Shown here: in pieces, positions 1-9,416 of the stretch
Numbering within the stretch: position 1 is the first letter of the stretch
How the letters are laid out: the number at the start of each line of letters is the position of its first letter
DNA from: an uncultured Bacillota bacterium
GTDB lineage: Bacteria > Bacillota_I > Bacilli_A > RF39 > UBA660
DNA length: 64,000 nt
NCBI GenBank assembly: GCA_947165005.1
Contig: CAMUYN010000004.1
Coordinates: 1,927-65,926 of the forward strand
Direction of reading: 5' to 3'
Position numbers and translations under genes: made by a program
Notes under the pieces: generated by a model
What the model was told of the DNA's origin: nothing
Databases searched by the model: none
The model's input: only the letters and a program-made list of their open reading frames with translations

Positions 1-818
1 AAATTAAGGAAATTTGTGATATTGTCAACCCTAAATTGGGAGTGATAACTTCTATTGGACCTCAGCATTTAGAAAGCTTTAAATCAATAGAAAATGTTAT
101 TAAAACAAAATTTGAATTATATGATGCAGTTAATAAAAATGGTGGAATCACATTTTTAAATTATGATAATGAATATATTTCTAAACAAAAGAAAGAGAAT
201 ATTAAAACATATGGTATTAACAATAAAAAACTAGATTATAATGCTTATGATTTAAAATCTTCTTCAAGTGGTTTAAAATTCAAAATTGATAATGTAGAAT
301 TTAAAACCAGTTTAATTGGAAGACATAATATTACTAATATAACTGGTGCTATTGCAGTTGCCAATTATTTAGGAATAGAATTAGATAGATTAGTACCTAG
401 AGTTAGAGAAATTAAGAGTGTAGAACATAGATTACAATTGTTGAATAAAGGTAATTATAATATAATTGATGATGCTTATAATGCAAATCCAGTTAGTTCA
501 AAATCTGCAATTGATACATTGCTTGAATTTGATGGTACTAGGATAATAGTTACTCCTGGATTAATTGAACTTGGTAATGAATCCGAAAAATATAATAAGG
601 AATTTGGAGAATACATGTGTGATTGTGATTATATATTTATAGTTAATAGCACTGTATCTAAATATGTATTAAAAGGAATTGAAAAAAAGAAGTATAACAA
701 AGATAAATTATTTATAGTAGATAGTCCTACAGAAGCAGTTTCAAAAATAATAGGAATGAATCTAAAAGATGTTACTATTTTACTTGAGAATGATTTACCA
801 GATAACTATAATAAGTAG
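1..818 (+). CDS. murF: UDP-N-acetylmuramoyl-tripeptide--D-alanyl-D-alanine ligase MurF, C-terminal part (5' end upstream of window)
   Basis: Frame is open back to position 3 (IKEICDIVNPKLGVITSIGPQHLE). Mur-ligase motifs are present: TSIGxxHLE, GRHNITN, IIDDAYNANP. ddl follows directly. Confidence 0.85.
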   Translation, partial: IKEICDIVNPKLGVITSIGPQHLESFKSIENVIKTKFELYDAVNKNGGITFLNYDNEYISKQKKENIKTYGINNKKLDYNAYDLKSSSSGLKFKIDNVEFKTSLIGRHNITNITGAIAVANYLGIELDRLVPRVREIKSVEHRLQLLNKGNYNIIDDAYNANPVSSKSAIDTLLEFDGTRIIVTPGLIELGNESEKYNKEFGEYMCDCDYIFIVNSTVSKYVLKGIEKKKYNKDKLFIVDSPTEAVSKIIGMNLKDVTILLENDLPDNYNK

Positions 819-832
819 AGAGGATGATATAA

Positions 833-2026
833 ATGAAAATTAAAGTAGGTGTATTTTTTGGTGGTAAAAGTGTTGAACATGAAGTTTCAATAATAACTGC
901 TATTCAAGCAATTGAAAACATGGATAAGGATAAATATGATGTTATTCCTATCTATATAACTAAAGATAATAAAATGTTTGTAGGAGACTTAATTGGGGAT
1001 ATATCTAATTATAAAGATATAGATAATTTAATAAAAAATAGTACTCAAATAATGCTTGCCCAAAAAGATGATAAAGTAGCATTACTAAGATGTGAAAAAA
1101 AATTATTTAAGGATAATGTATATGATTATATAGATATAGCTTTCCCAATAGTACATGGTACTAATGTTGAAGATGGAACTTTACAAGGATTCTTAAAGAT
1201 GTTTAATATACCGTATACAGGTTGTGATGTAATGTCATCAGCAGTTGGTATGGATAAATATGTATGTAAATGTGTATTAAAAGATAATAATATACCAATA
1301 TTAGATTGTAAATGCGTTTCTTCAAGAGATTATAATATAAACTCAGATAAGATTATTAAAGAAATAGAAAAAGAATTTAAGTATCCAGTAATAGTTAAAC
1401 CTATTAATTTGGGATCTAGTGTAGGTATTAAAATAGCTAAAGATAGAAACGAATTAGTTGATGCTATTGAAAATGCATTTACATATGCAAGAAAAATATT
1501 AATTGAAAGAGCAATTAAGAATTTAAAAGAAATAAACTGTTCTGTAGTAGGAGATTATGAATCTGCTAAAGCATCTGAATGTGAAGAACCAGTTAAGACT
1601 GACGAAATATTAAGTTATAAAGATAAATATATTTCAGGTGGTAAAAAAGGTGGAGCTAGTAAATCAATGAACGCTTCAGTATTAAAATTACCTGCAGAAA
1701 TAGATAAGAAAACTAAAGATAAAATACAAGAATTAGCATTAAAAACATTTGATGTTTTAGGATGCTCTGGAGTAATTCGTATAGACTTTATGATTGATAA
1801 AGATACTAAGGAAATATTTGTTAATGAAGTAAATACTATTCCTGGTTCATTATCATTCCATTTATGGAAAGCTACTGATTTAAACTATACTAAATTACTT
1901 GATGAATTAATTTCTTTAGCTTTAAAAAGAAGTAGAGAGGAAAAAGAAATAACATATTCATTTGATAGTAATATATTATCTGGTGTATCTATGAATAGTT
2001 TAAAAGGCTCTAAATTAAATAAATAA
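833..2026 (+). CDS. ddl: D-alanine--D-alanine ligase
   Basis: N-terminus KIKVGVFFGGKSVEHEVSIITA and ATP-grasp C-terminal motifs (IRIDFMID, FVNEVNTIPG). SD GAGAGGA lies upstream. Confidence 0.9.
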   Translation: MKIKVGVFFGGKSVEHEVSIITAIQAIENMDKDKYDVIPIYITKDNKMFVGDLIGDISNYKDIDNLIKNSTQIMLAQKDDKVALLRCEKKLFKDNVYDYIDIAFPIVHGTNVEDGTLQGFLKMFNIPYTGCDVMSSAVGMDKYVCKCVLKDNNIPILDCKCVSSRDYNINSDKIIKEIEKEFKYPVIVKPINLGSSVGIKIAKDRNELVDAIENAFTYARKILIERAIKNLKEINCSVVGDYESAKASECEEPVKTDEILSYKDKYISGGKKGGASKSMNASVLKLPAEIDKKTKDKIQELALKTFDVLGCSGVIRIDFMIDKDTKEIFVNEVNTIPGSLSFHLWKATDLNYTKLLDELISLALKRSREEKEITYSFDSNILSGVSMNSLKGSKLNK

Positions 2027-2036
2027 CGGAGGTTAT

Positions 2037-2831
2037 ATGAAAGTAGTAGTAATAACTGGATCTGCACGTGGCTTTGGCCTTGAAATGGCTTAAGAATTCA
2101 AGAAAAATGGTTATAATGTAGTTATATTAGATATTAATAAAGAAGCATTAAAAGATGCAACTAAATCACTTGGAGAAATAAAAAAAGGCAAGGTATTAGC
2201 TATTCCGTGTGACATCACTAAAGAAAAAGACGTTATTAACGTAATAGATACTGTTAATAAGGAATTTAAAAGAATAGACGTATGGATTAATAATGCCGGT
2301 GTAAATCAAAGTGATAATTATGTCTTTGATATTGATTCATCTGAAATAGAAAAATTAATTAATATAGATTTAATTGGTACAATGATATGTTCATCTAAGG
2401 TATCTAAATATATGATTAATCAAAAATTTGGATCAATCTATAATGTTGAAGGACATGGTTCTAATGATGCTAAAATAGAAAAACTAACTATATATGGAAC
2501 TGCTAAAAGAGGAGTAACATATTTCACAGAGAGTTTAGCCAATGAATTAAAAGACTACAATATTACTATAGGTAAAATAACTCCAGGTATTATGATTACT
2601 AATTTTATATATCATAGTTTAGGTGATGGTAAAGAACTAACTATAGATGATAAAACTAAAAAAATCTATAATATTCTTGGAGATTATCCAGAAACTATTG
2701 CTAAATTTATGGTAGAAAAAATTATAAATAATAAAAAGAAAAATCCTAAGTTTGTATGGTTATCAAACTTTAGAGCATTTAGAAGATTTATGTCTTATCC
2801 ATTTACAAAAAGAGACTTATTTGAAAAATAA
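2037..2831 (+). pseudogene. Short-chain dehydrogenase/reductase (SDR) interrupted by one in-frame TAA at 2091..2093 (codon 19)
   Basis: ATG 2037 with SD GGAGG gives MKVVVITGSARGFGLEMA-stop. The same frame continues open as EFKKNGYNVVILD...NNAG...YGTAK to 2831. TGxxxGxG, NNAG and YxxxK motifs are all intact. Confidence 0.75.
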
Positions 2832-2841
2832 GTCTTTTTTA
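2813..2841 (+). terminator. Rho-independent terminator
   Basis: 9-bp stem agacttatt/aataagtct with loop tgaaa, followed by a T-run. The stem spans the stop codon. Confidence 0.7.
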
Positions 2842-2850
2842 TGTTATAAT
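2842..2850 (+). promoter_or_regulatory. Extended -10 promoter element TGtTATAAT
   Basis: tgttataat lies immediately after the terminator and 17 nt before the methyltransferase start. Confidence 0.45.
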
Positions 2851-2866
2851 TTTTTTGGTGATGATC

Positions 2867-3466
2867 ATGTCAAAATGGGGAATAGAAGAAAAAGAAACTT
2901 TAGATGCAATTAAAATTCTTAGGGGGAATATACTTAATATAGCAGCAGGAGATGGTAGATTTAATAATAAATTACTAGAGATATCAGATTCTGTAACTGC
3001 TATAGATATTGATGAAAAAGAATTAAATATTTTAAAAGAAAATAGTGATTCAAATAATCTAATTACTAAGGTAGTAGATATAACAAAAAGATTTCCGTTT
3101 GAGGATTCTTCATTTGATGGAATATTTTGTACAGGAACACTTCATTTATTCGATGTAGAGACAGTTAAAAGTATTCTAAAAGAAATAAAAAGAGTATTGA
3201 AACCAAATGGCAAAATAGTATTAGATTTTGCAACTGATATTAAAAGATTAGATAAAGAAGGAAATATAGTTACATTTGAGGGTGAAGGTAGTTATAGTAC
3301 TAGTGAAGCAGTAGAATTATTTGAAAAAGAATTAAATGATTTTTCTTTAAATATCGATAAGTCTACATTTAAAGAAGAAAACTTAAATGATGATGCAGGT
3401 TATAATCAAATTACTGGAAATTTTTTGATTATTAGTGGAACCAAAAAATATATTAAAAGACTTTAA
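2867..3466 (+). CDS. Class I SAM-dependent methyltransferase
   Basis: Motif I ILNIAAGDGRF with a downstream acidic residue (AIDID). ATG 2867 is preferred over the track start 2855 because GGTGATGA sits just upstream as SD. Confidence 0.7.
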   Translation: MSKWGIEEKETLDAIKILRGNILNIAAGDGRFNNKLLEISDSVTAIDIDEKELNILKENSDSNNLITKVVDITKRFPFEDSSFDGIFCTGTLHLFDVETVKSILKEIKRVLKPNGKIVLDFATDIKRLDKEGNIVTFEGEGSYSTSEAVELFEKELNDFSLNIDKSTFKEENLNDDAGYNQITGNFLIISGTKKYIKRL

Positions 3467-3479
3467 TAGGTCTTTTTTT
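3455..3479 (+). terminator. Weak rho-independent terminator
   Basis: Stem aaagac/gtcttt with an 8-nt loop and a T-run. It is followed by another tgttataat at 3481..3489. Confidence 0.4.
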
Positions 3480-3505
3480 ATGTTATAATTATATAAGGTG
3501 GGAAT

Positions 3506-4453
3506 ATGTTTTATTTAATATATGGTTTAGAAAATTATTTGATAAATGAAAATATTAAAAAAATCATTGATGACTTAAAAATTAATAGTGAAGAAATAGT
3601 AAAATTAGATATGAATTCTTCCTCTATTAATTCTCTTTTAGTTGAGGCAAGTTCTGTAAACATGTTCTCTGATAGAAAACTAATCTTATGTGATAATTCA
3701 TCGTTTTTATCTAGTAAAGATGATATTAATTCTAAAGAAGATATTGAAGAATTAATTAAATATTTAGATCATCCTTTTGAAGATGTATATTTAGTATTTA
3801 TTTTAAGAGAAGAAACAATTGATTCGAGAAAAAAGATTAGTAAATTAATATCTAGTATTAGTAAAGTATATGTTTGTAATAAGATAGAGAATTATAATTT
3901 AAATAATTATTTAATGGATTATATAAGAGGAGAGGGTTATACTATTTCTTCTAGAAATATTGAGTTATTAATTAGCAAAACTTCTTATGAATTATCTGTT
4001 ATTATGAAAGAATTAGATAAACTATTTATATATAAAGACAAAGATAAAAAGATAACTGAGGAAGATATAGAAAATGTTATTACTAATAATATTGAAACAA
4101 ATATATTTGATTTAACTAATGCAATAATTAATAAAGAAAAAAGTAAAATAGATAAATTATATAAAGAATTAATTAAGAGAAAAGAAGATCCTCTTAAGTT
4201 AATAGTTACTTTATCTAATCAATTTAGATTATATTTACAAGTTAAAATAATGAGAAATAATGGCTTTAGTGAAAAAGAAATTGTTTCTACATTAAAAGAA
4301 CATCCTTATAGAATTAGTTTAGCCTTAAAGAATGATTATTCTATAGAGGAATTAAAAGATAATTTAGAAAAATTATCTAAATTAGATTTAGATATTGTAA
4401 GTGGTAAAGTGGATAAAGAATTTGGTTTTGAAATGTATCTACTAAATATATAG
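3506..4453 (+). CDS. holA: DNA polymerase III subunit delta
   Basis: Size (315 aa), N-terminus FYLIYGLENYLINE and overall HolA-like layout. SD AAGGTGGG lies upstream. Confidence 0.7.
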   Translation: MFYLIYGLENYLINENIKKIIDDLKINSEEIVKLDMNSSSINSLLVEASSVNMFSDRKLILCDNSSFLSSKDDINSKEDIEELIKYLDHPFEDVYLVFILREETIDSRKKISKLISSISKVYVCNKIENYNLNNYLMDYIRGEGYTISSRNIELLISKTSYELSVIMKELDKLFIYKDKDKKITEEDIENVITNNIETNIFDLTNAIINKEKSKIDKLYKELIKRKEDPLKLIVTLSNQFRLYLQVKIMRNNGFSEKEIVSTLKEHPYRISLALKNDYSIEELKDNLEKLSKLDLDIVSGKVDKEFGFEMYLLNI

Positions 4454-4462
4454 GAGGTCTAT

Positions 4463-5929
4463 ATGAATAAAGAATTAATAATGTTAATGATTCTTGATGG
4501 ATTTGGAATAAGTAATTTAGAAGAGGGTAATGCTATTAAAAAAGCTAATACTCCTAATCTAGATTATTTATTTAGCAATTATCCTAATTCCAAAATAAGT
4601 GCATCAGGTGAAGCGGTAGGATTACCAAAAGGACAAATGGGTAATTCTGAAGTCGGACATACAAATATTGGAGCAGGAAGAATAGTTTATCAAGATTTAG
4701 TTAGAATTAATAAATCTATTGAAGATAGATCTTTTTATGATATAAAAGAATTTAATGATGCGATTGATAATGCAATTAAGAATAATACTAATTTACATAT
4801 AATGGGACTTGTTTCTGATGGTGGAGTACATTCTCATATTAATCATTTATTAGCGTTATTAGAACTATGTAAATTAAGAAATTTTGATAGAGTATATATA
4901 CATGCATTTACTGATGGAAGAGATACTAATCCTAAATCGGGATTAGAATTTGTTAAAAGAATAAATGCTAATATAGCATCTATTAGTGGTAGATATTATG
5001 CTATGGATAGAGATAATAGATTAGATAGAATAGATCTTGCATATGATGCTATTGTTAATGCTAAAGGAGATAATTTTAATAGTGCTACTGAAGCTATAGA
5101 AAACTCATATAACTCTGATATAACTGATGAATTTATTAAACCAGTTATTATTAATGGTGGTAAAAAAATTAATGATAATGACTCAATAATATTCTTTAAT
5201 TTTAGACCTGATAGAGCAAGAGAGTTAACTAAAAAAATAATAGAAAATATTAATACATATTATGTATGTATGACAGAATATGATAAAACATTTAATAATG
5301 TTCATATAGCATTTAAACCAGAAGAATTAAAGAATACTTTTGGTGAATATATATCAAATTTAGGATATACACAACTAAGAATAGCAGAAACAGAAAAGTA
5401 TGCACATGTAACTTTCTTCTTTAATGGTGGAAAAGAAGATATATATAAAAATGAAGATAGAATATTAGTACCATCTCCAAAAGTAGCAACATACGATATG
5501 ATGCCAGAGATGAGTGCAAATATAGTTAGAGATAAAGTAATTGAAGCAATAGATAGTGATAAATATAATGTAATAATACTTAATTTTGCTAATACTGATA
5601 TGGTTGGTCATACAGGTAATTTGGATGCTACTATAAAAGCAGTAGAAACTATAGATACTGCAATTGGTATGATATATAAAAAAGTATTAGGACATAATGG
5701 TATATTACTAATAACAGCAGATCATGGTAATGCAGAAAAGATGTTAGATAATAACGGAATATTTACTGCACATACAACTAATTTAGTACCATTAATTATT
5801 ACTAAAAAAGGTATTAAATTAAATGACGGTAGATTATGTGATATTACTCCAACTATGCTTGATTTAATGGGATTAGATAAACCTAGTGAAATGACAGGTA
5901 TATCTTTAATAGGTGAAGAAAATGACTAG
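4463..5929 (+). CDS. gpmI: 2,3-bisphosphoglycerate-independent phosphoglycerate mutase
   Basis: Motifs LMILDGFG, GNSEVGHTNIGAGR, TDGRD, ADHGNAE. Confidence 0.92.
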   Translation: MNKELIMLMILDGFGISNLEEGNAIKKANTPNLDYLFSNYPNSKISASGEAVGLPKGQMGNSEVGHTNIGAGRIVYQDLVRINKSIEDRSFYDIKEFNDAIDNAIKNNTNLHIMGLVSDGGVHSHINHLLALLELCKLRNFDRVYIHAFTDGRDTNPKSGLEFVKRINANIASISGRYYAMDRDNRLDRIDLAYDAIVNAKGDNFNSATEAIENSYNSDITDEFIKPVIINGGKKINDNDSIIFFNFRPDRARELTKKIIENINTYYVCMTEYDKTFNNVHIAFKPEELKNTFGEYISNLGYTQLRIAETEKYAHVTFFFNGGKEDIYKNEDRILVPSPKVATYDMMPEMSANIVRDKVIEAIDSDKYNVIILNFANTDMVGHTGNLDATIKAVETIDTAIGMIYKKVLGHNGILLITADHGNAEKMLDNNGIFTAHTTNLVPLIITKKGIKLNDGRLCDITPTMLDLMGLDKPSEMTGISLIGEEND

Positions 5930-6737
5930 AAGAGAGGAAATAGAGAGAAGTTTAATAACTAAATTTAGAAAAGATATATATTCTAAATTTGTTAAAGCAG
6001 TAGCAGATTATGAACTAATAAAACCAGATGATAAAATCATGGTTTGTATTAGCGGTGGTAAAGATTCATTTTTACTAGCTAAGTGTATTGAAGAATTAAT
6101 TAAACATGGTAAATTTAAATTTGAAGCTAAATATGTAGTAATGAATCCGGGATATAAAAAAGAAATAATAAAACAAATAAAAGATAATGCTAAAATACTT
6201 GGAGTTGATATAGAAATATTTGATAGTGATATATTTGAAGTTGCTAATAAACTTGCTCCAGAAGCACCATGTTATATGTGTGCTAGAATGAGAAGAGGAT
6301 TCTTATATAATAAAGCTAAAGAACTAGGATGTAATAAAATTGCTTTAGGACATCATTTTAATGATGTTATAGAAACATCTTTATTAGCTATGCTTTATTC
6401 ATCAGAAATAAAAACTATGTTGCCTAAATTACATAGTGATAATTTTCCTGGTTTAGAATTAATTAGACCTTTATATTTAGTTAGAGAAGAAGATATAATT
6501 AGTTTTGCTAGATATAATAATCTTAATTTTATTAACTGTGCATGTAAGTTTACTGAAAATGATAAACATGATGGTAAAAGATATGAAGTTAAGATGTTAA
6601 TAAAGGATTTAAACGAAAAGAATAAATTAGTAGAAGATAATATATTTACTGCTCTTGATAATATTAATTTAGATTGTGTTTTAGGATATAGAAAGGGTGA
6701 CGAAAAACATTCGTTTTTAGATGATTATGAAAAATAG
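5922..6737 (+). CDS. TtcA-family PP-loop ATPase (tRNA 2-thiocytidine synthetase-like)
   Basis: PP-loop CISGGKDS and Cys motifs CYMCARMRRG and NCACKF. ATG 5922 (SD AGGTGA 5 nt upstream) is preferred over GTG 5913 and overlaps the gpmI stop. Confidence 0.75.
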   Translation: MTRREEIERSLITKFRKDIYSKFVKAVADYELIKPDDKIMVCISGGKDSFLLAKCIEELIKHGKFKFEAKYVVMNPGYKKEIIKQIKDNAKILGVDIEIFDSDIFEVANKLAPEAPCYMCARMRRGFLYNKAKELGCNKIALGHHFNDVIETSLLAMLYSSEIKTMLPKLHSDNFPGLELIRPLYLVREEDIISFARYNNLNFINCACKFTENDKHDGKRYEVKMLIKDLNEKNKLVEDNIFTALDNINLDCVLGYRKGDEKHSFLDDYEK

Positions 6738-7407
6738 TGATTTTTTAAAAAATAGTATAATTGCTCATAGAGGTATCTATGATAATAAAAAGGTAATAGA
6801 AAATACTATAAGTTCTTTTATTAAAGCAATTAACAAAGGATATGCTATAGAGCTTGATTTGCATTTAACTAAAGATAATAAAATAATAGTTTTTCATGAT
6901 GATAAATTAGAAAGATTAACAAATGATAAAGGCTATATAAAAGATAAAACTATAAAGGATATAAAGAATCTAAAATTACTTAATACGGATAATTATATTC
7001 CTTCTTTTGATGAAGTACTATCATTAGTAAATGGAAAAGTACCTTTATTAATAGAATTAAAGAATGATAGAGATGATTTTAAGTTAGAAAAAGAAGTAAT
7101 AAAACAATTAAATAATTATGAGGGAGAATTTGCTATTCAGTCATTTAGACCAAGAACTATTTTATATTTCAGGATATTTAAAAAGAGTTTCATTAGAGGA
7201 TTGTTAATTAGTCAAAATTCTAATAAAAAATATAATTCATTAAAGAAAATCAATATATGTAAACCGGATTTTATTAATGTTGATAAAAAGATGTTAGATA
7301 ATAATATTGTTAAAGATTTTAATGGTATAAAATTAGCATATACATTAGAAAAAAAAGAAAAGAATATATATAGTGATAAATGTGATAATATGATTTGTAA
7401 TATCTAA
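6721..7407 (+). CDS. Glycerophosphodiester phosphodiesterase family protein
   Basis: GDPD motifs IAHRG, ELDLHLTKDNKIIVFHDDKLERLT, PSFDEVL. The start could instead be ATG 6727. Confidence 0.8.
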   Translation: MIMKNSDFLKNSIIAHRGIYDNKKVIENTISSFIKAINKGYAIELDLHLTKDNKIIVFHDDKLERLTNDKGYIKDKTIKDIKNLKLLNTDNYIPSFDEVLSLVNGKVPLLIELKNDRDDFKLEKEVIKQLNNYEGEFAIQSFRPRTILYFRIFKKSFIRGLLISQNSNKKYNSLKKINICKPDFINVDKKMLDNNIVKDFNGIKLAYTLEKKEKNIYSDKCDNMICNI

Positions 7408-7427
7408 TTTACAAATCATTTTTTTTG
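7390..7427 (+). terminator. Rho-independent terminator
   Basis: Perfect 11-bp stem atgatttgtaa/ttacaaatcat and a T8 run. The stop codon lies in the loop. Confidence 0.8.
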
Positions 7428-7458
7428 ATTATAATTATAGATGAAAGGAAGTAAAAAA

Positions 7459-8532
7459 ATGAAAAAAATATACAAAATATTTATGGTTTTAGCACTAGTT
7501 ATTTTTATATGTCCACTAACTACTAAAGCTTATACACAAGATGGTTTATTTAGAGCAGATTATGATGTAACTGTAAATGATGAAATGCAAGGTTCTGGAT
7601 TTATAGCTGGAAACACAGTAGCAATTAATAATAAAATAAATGGAATTTTATTTGGTGCTGGGTATACAGTTAATGTCACTGGAGAAAGTGATTATGCTTT
7701 TGTAGCAGGAAATATTCTTAATATAAAAGGAGCATCTTTTAAAGATGGATTTATAGCAGGTCAAATAATTAAAGTTGAAAATGTTAATGCAATTAGGGAT
7801 ATGTATATAGCAGGACAAAAGATCAATCTTACTGGTAATGTTGGGAGAAATCTATATGTTGCTGGAGAAGATGTAGTAATTGATGGAGTAATTGCTGGGA
7901 ATGTTTATGTAGATTCTAGTAATATAACTATTAACAGCAATGCTGTTATAAATGGTAAATTAGTATATAATGAAGATTCTAAAGTAGTAATAAGTAAGGA
8001 TGCAAATCTTAATTCTAAAGAGACATATAAAAATAAATCAGCAAGTATTGAAGTAGATCCAAAAGTATCATTTGGAAGTACTATTATTAGTAAATTAATA
8101 GATACAGCTACTAGTTTATTAAATATTCTTGCAGTAGGATTATTAATGGTTTTATTAATACCAGCTTTATTTAAGAAACTAAAAGAGATAGAAGCTAATA
8201 GATTATTACCTTCATTTGCTTGGGGATTGTTAATACTAATTGCAGTTCCAATAGTATCTTTGATTGCAATAATAACTTATGTAGGTATTTCTACTGGTAT
8301 AATAGCTACAGTTTTATATGGGGTATTAGTTTATATATCTACAATAATTAGTGCATATACTGTAACAAGTCTAATATTAAAAGATAAAGTTAAAAATCCA
8401 TATTTAGTATTATTAATAGGCTTATCTTGCCTATATATTATTAAATTAATTCCATTCTTAGGTGGTTTAACTACATTTGCATTTATATGTTTAGGGCTTG
8501 GATTATTAACAAATTTAATTAAAAGAAAATAG
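7459..8532 (+). CDS. Secreted beta-helical (bactofilin/polymer-forming-like repeat) protein with C-terminal multi-pass membrane domain
   Basis: Signal peptide MKKIYKIFMVLALVIFICPLTTKA. Repeated G-x-[IV]-x-[IV]-x-G units (VAGNILNIKG, IAGQKINLTGNVG, IAGNVYVD). At least 4 hydrophobic helices occupy the last ~150 aa. ATG 7459 follows AAAGGAAG. Confidence 0.5.
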   Translation: MKKIYKIFMVLALVIFICPLTTKAYTQDGLFRADYDVTVNDEMQGSGFIAGNTVAINNKINGILFGAGYTVNVTGESDYAFVAGNILNIKGASFKDGFIAGQIIKVENVNAIRDMYIAGQKINLTGNVGRNLYVAGEDVVIDGVIAGNVYVDSSNITINSNAVINGKLVYNEDSKVVISKDANLNSKETYKNKSASIEVDPKVSFGSTIISKLIDTATSLLNILAVGLLMVLLIPALFKKLKEIEANRLLPSFAWGLLILIAVPIVSLIAIITYVGISTGIIATVLYGVLVYISTIISAYTVTSLILKDKVKNPYLVLLIGLSCLYIIKLIPFLGGLTTFAFICLGLGLLTNLIKRK

Positions 8533-8578
8533 TTAAAATACTATTTTCTTTTTTTATTTTCTAGTATAATAATACTAG

Positions 8579-9325
8579 GTGATTTATTTGGAAACATTAG
8601 TTAATGAATTAATTATATATTTCTTAAATGAAAAAGAACATCCGATTATTGATATGCCTAGTTCATATATTAATAAAAGAGAATTACTTAGAGGTTTAAT
8701 AAATGTAAGACCTGCAACGTATTTGGATGAAGAAATAATAAAAAAAGAGGATACTTTATTACAGCTAGAACTAAAAGAAAAAAATATTAAAGATATAAAC
8801 GAAATACCAGGTAGATTAAGCGTATGGAAGGGAAATATTACTGAAATAAAGACCGGTGCAATAGTTAATTATGCAACACCAAAATTAACAGGATGTTTTA
8901 AACCTAATCATAATTGTATAGATAACAATATTCATTCAAATGCAGGTATTCAATTAAGATTAAAATGCAAAGAAATATCTAGAGATAAAGAAATTGAAGT
9001 AAGTAAAGTTGCTTTGACTAAAGGATACAACTTGCCTTGTGATTATATTATTCATACTGTAAAACCTAATGTTGATGATATAGATGAAACAGTAATAGAA
9101 CAAATTAAGTACTGTATTATTAATTCTTTAGATTTAGCTAAAAAGAATAATATCGATACAATATGTATCCCAAATTTAACAGTTAAAACTGAGGATAAAG
9201 ACTTAGTTGCTAAGACTATATTAGATACGGTAAAGAATTATTTAAAAGATGATGATTTTTTCAAAAAAATAGTTATAAATGTATTAACTTTGGACAGTTA
9301 TAACATTTATTCGAAATATATATAA
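8579..9325 (+). CDS. Macro-domain protein (protein-ADP-ribose hydrolase family)
   Basis: WKGNITEIKTGAIVNYATPKLTGCFKPNHNCIDNNIHSNAGIQLRLKC matches the GNIT..IVNAAN..GCFxPxHxCIDNxIHxxAGxQLR pattern. The start is uncertain: GTG 8579, or TTG 8588 just after AGGTGA. Confidence 0.7.
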   Translation: MIYLETLVNELIIYFLNEKEHPIIDMPSSYINKRELLRGLINVRPATYLDEEIIKKEDTLLQLELKEKNIKDINEIPGRLSVWKGNITEIKTGAIVNYATPKLTGCFKPNHNCIDNNIHSNAGIQLRLKCKEISRDKEIEVSKVALTKGYNLPCDYIIHTVKPNVDDIDETVIEQIKYCIINSLDLAKKNNIDTICIPNLTVKTEDKDLVAKTILDTVKNYLKDDDFFKKIVINVLTLDSYNIYSKYI

Positions 9326-9327
9326 AA

Positions 9328-9353
9328 ATGATTAATTTTAATCATTTTTTTTT
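9328..9353 (+). terminator. Rho-independent terminator
   Basis: Stem atgatta/taatcat followed by T9. Confidence 0.7.
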
Positions 9354-9364
9354 GCTCAAAAAAC

Positions 9365-9394
9365 TTGAAAAAATATACCATATAATGATACAAT
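9365..9394 (+). promoter_or_regulatory. Candidate sigma-A promoter of the giant-protein operon
   Basis: TTGAAA (9365..9370), an 18-nt spacer, then TACAAT (9389..9394). Confidence 0.3.
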
Positions 9395-9416
9395 TATAAA
9401 GAGAATAGGTGAGTGT

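Noticed and set aside
2091-2093. The TAA in the SDR gene as programmed read-through or an alternative genetic code.
   Set aside because: TAA terminates many other ORFs in the window, and TAG and TGA are also used as stops (for example 816..818 and 32940..32942). No recoding signal is evident. A nonsense mutation or a sequencing error is the simpler explanation.
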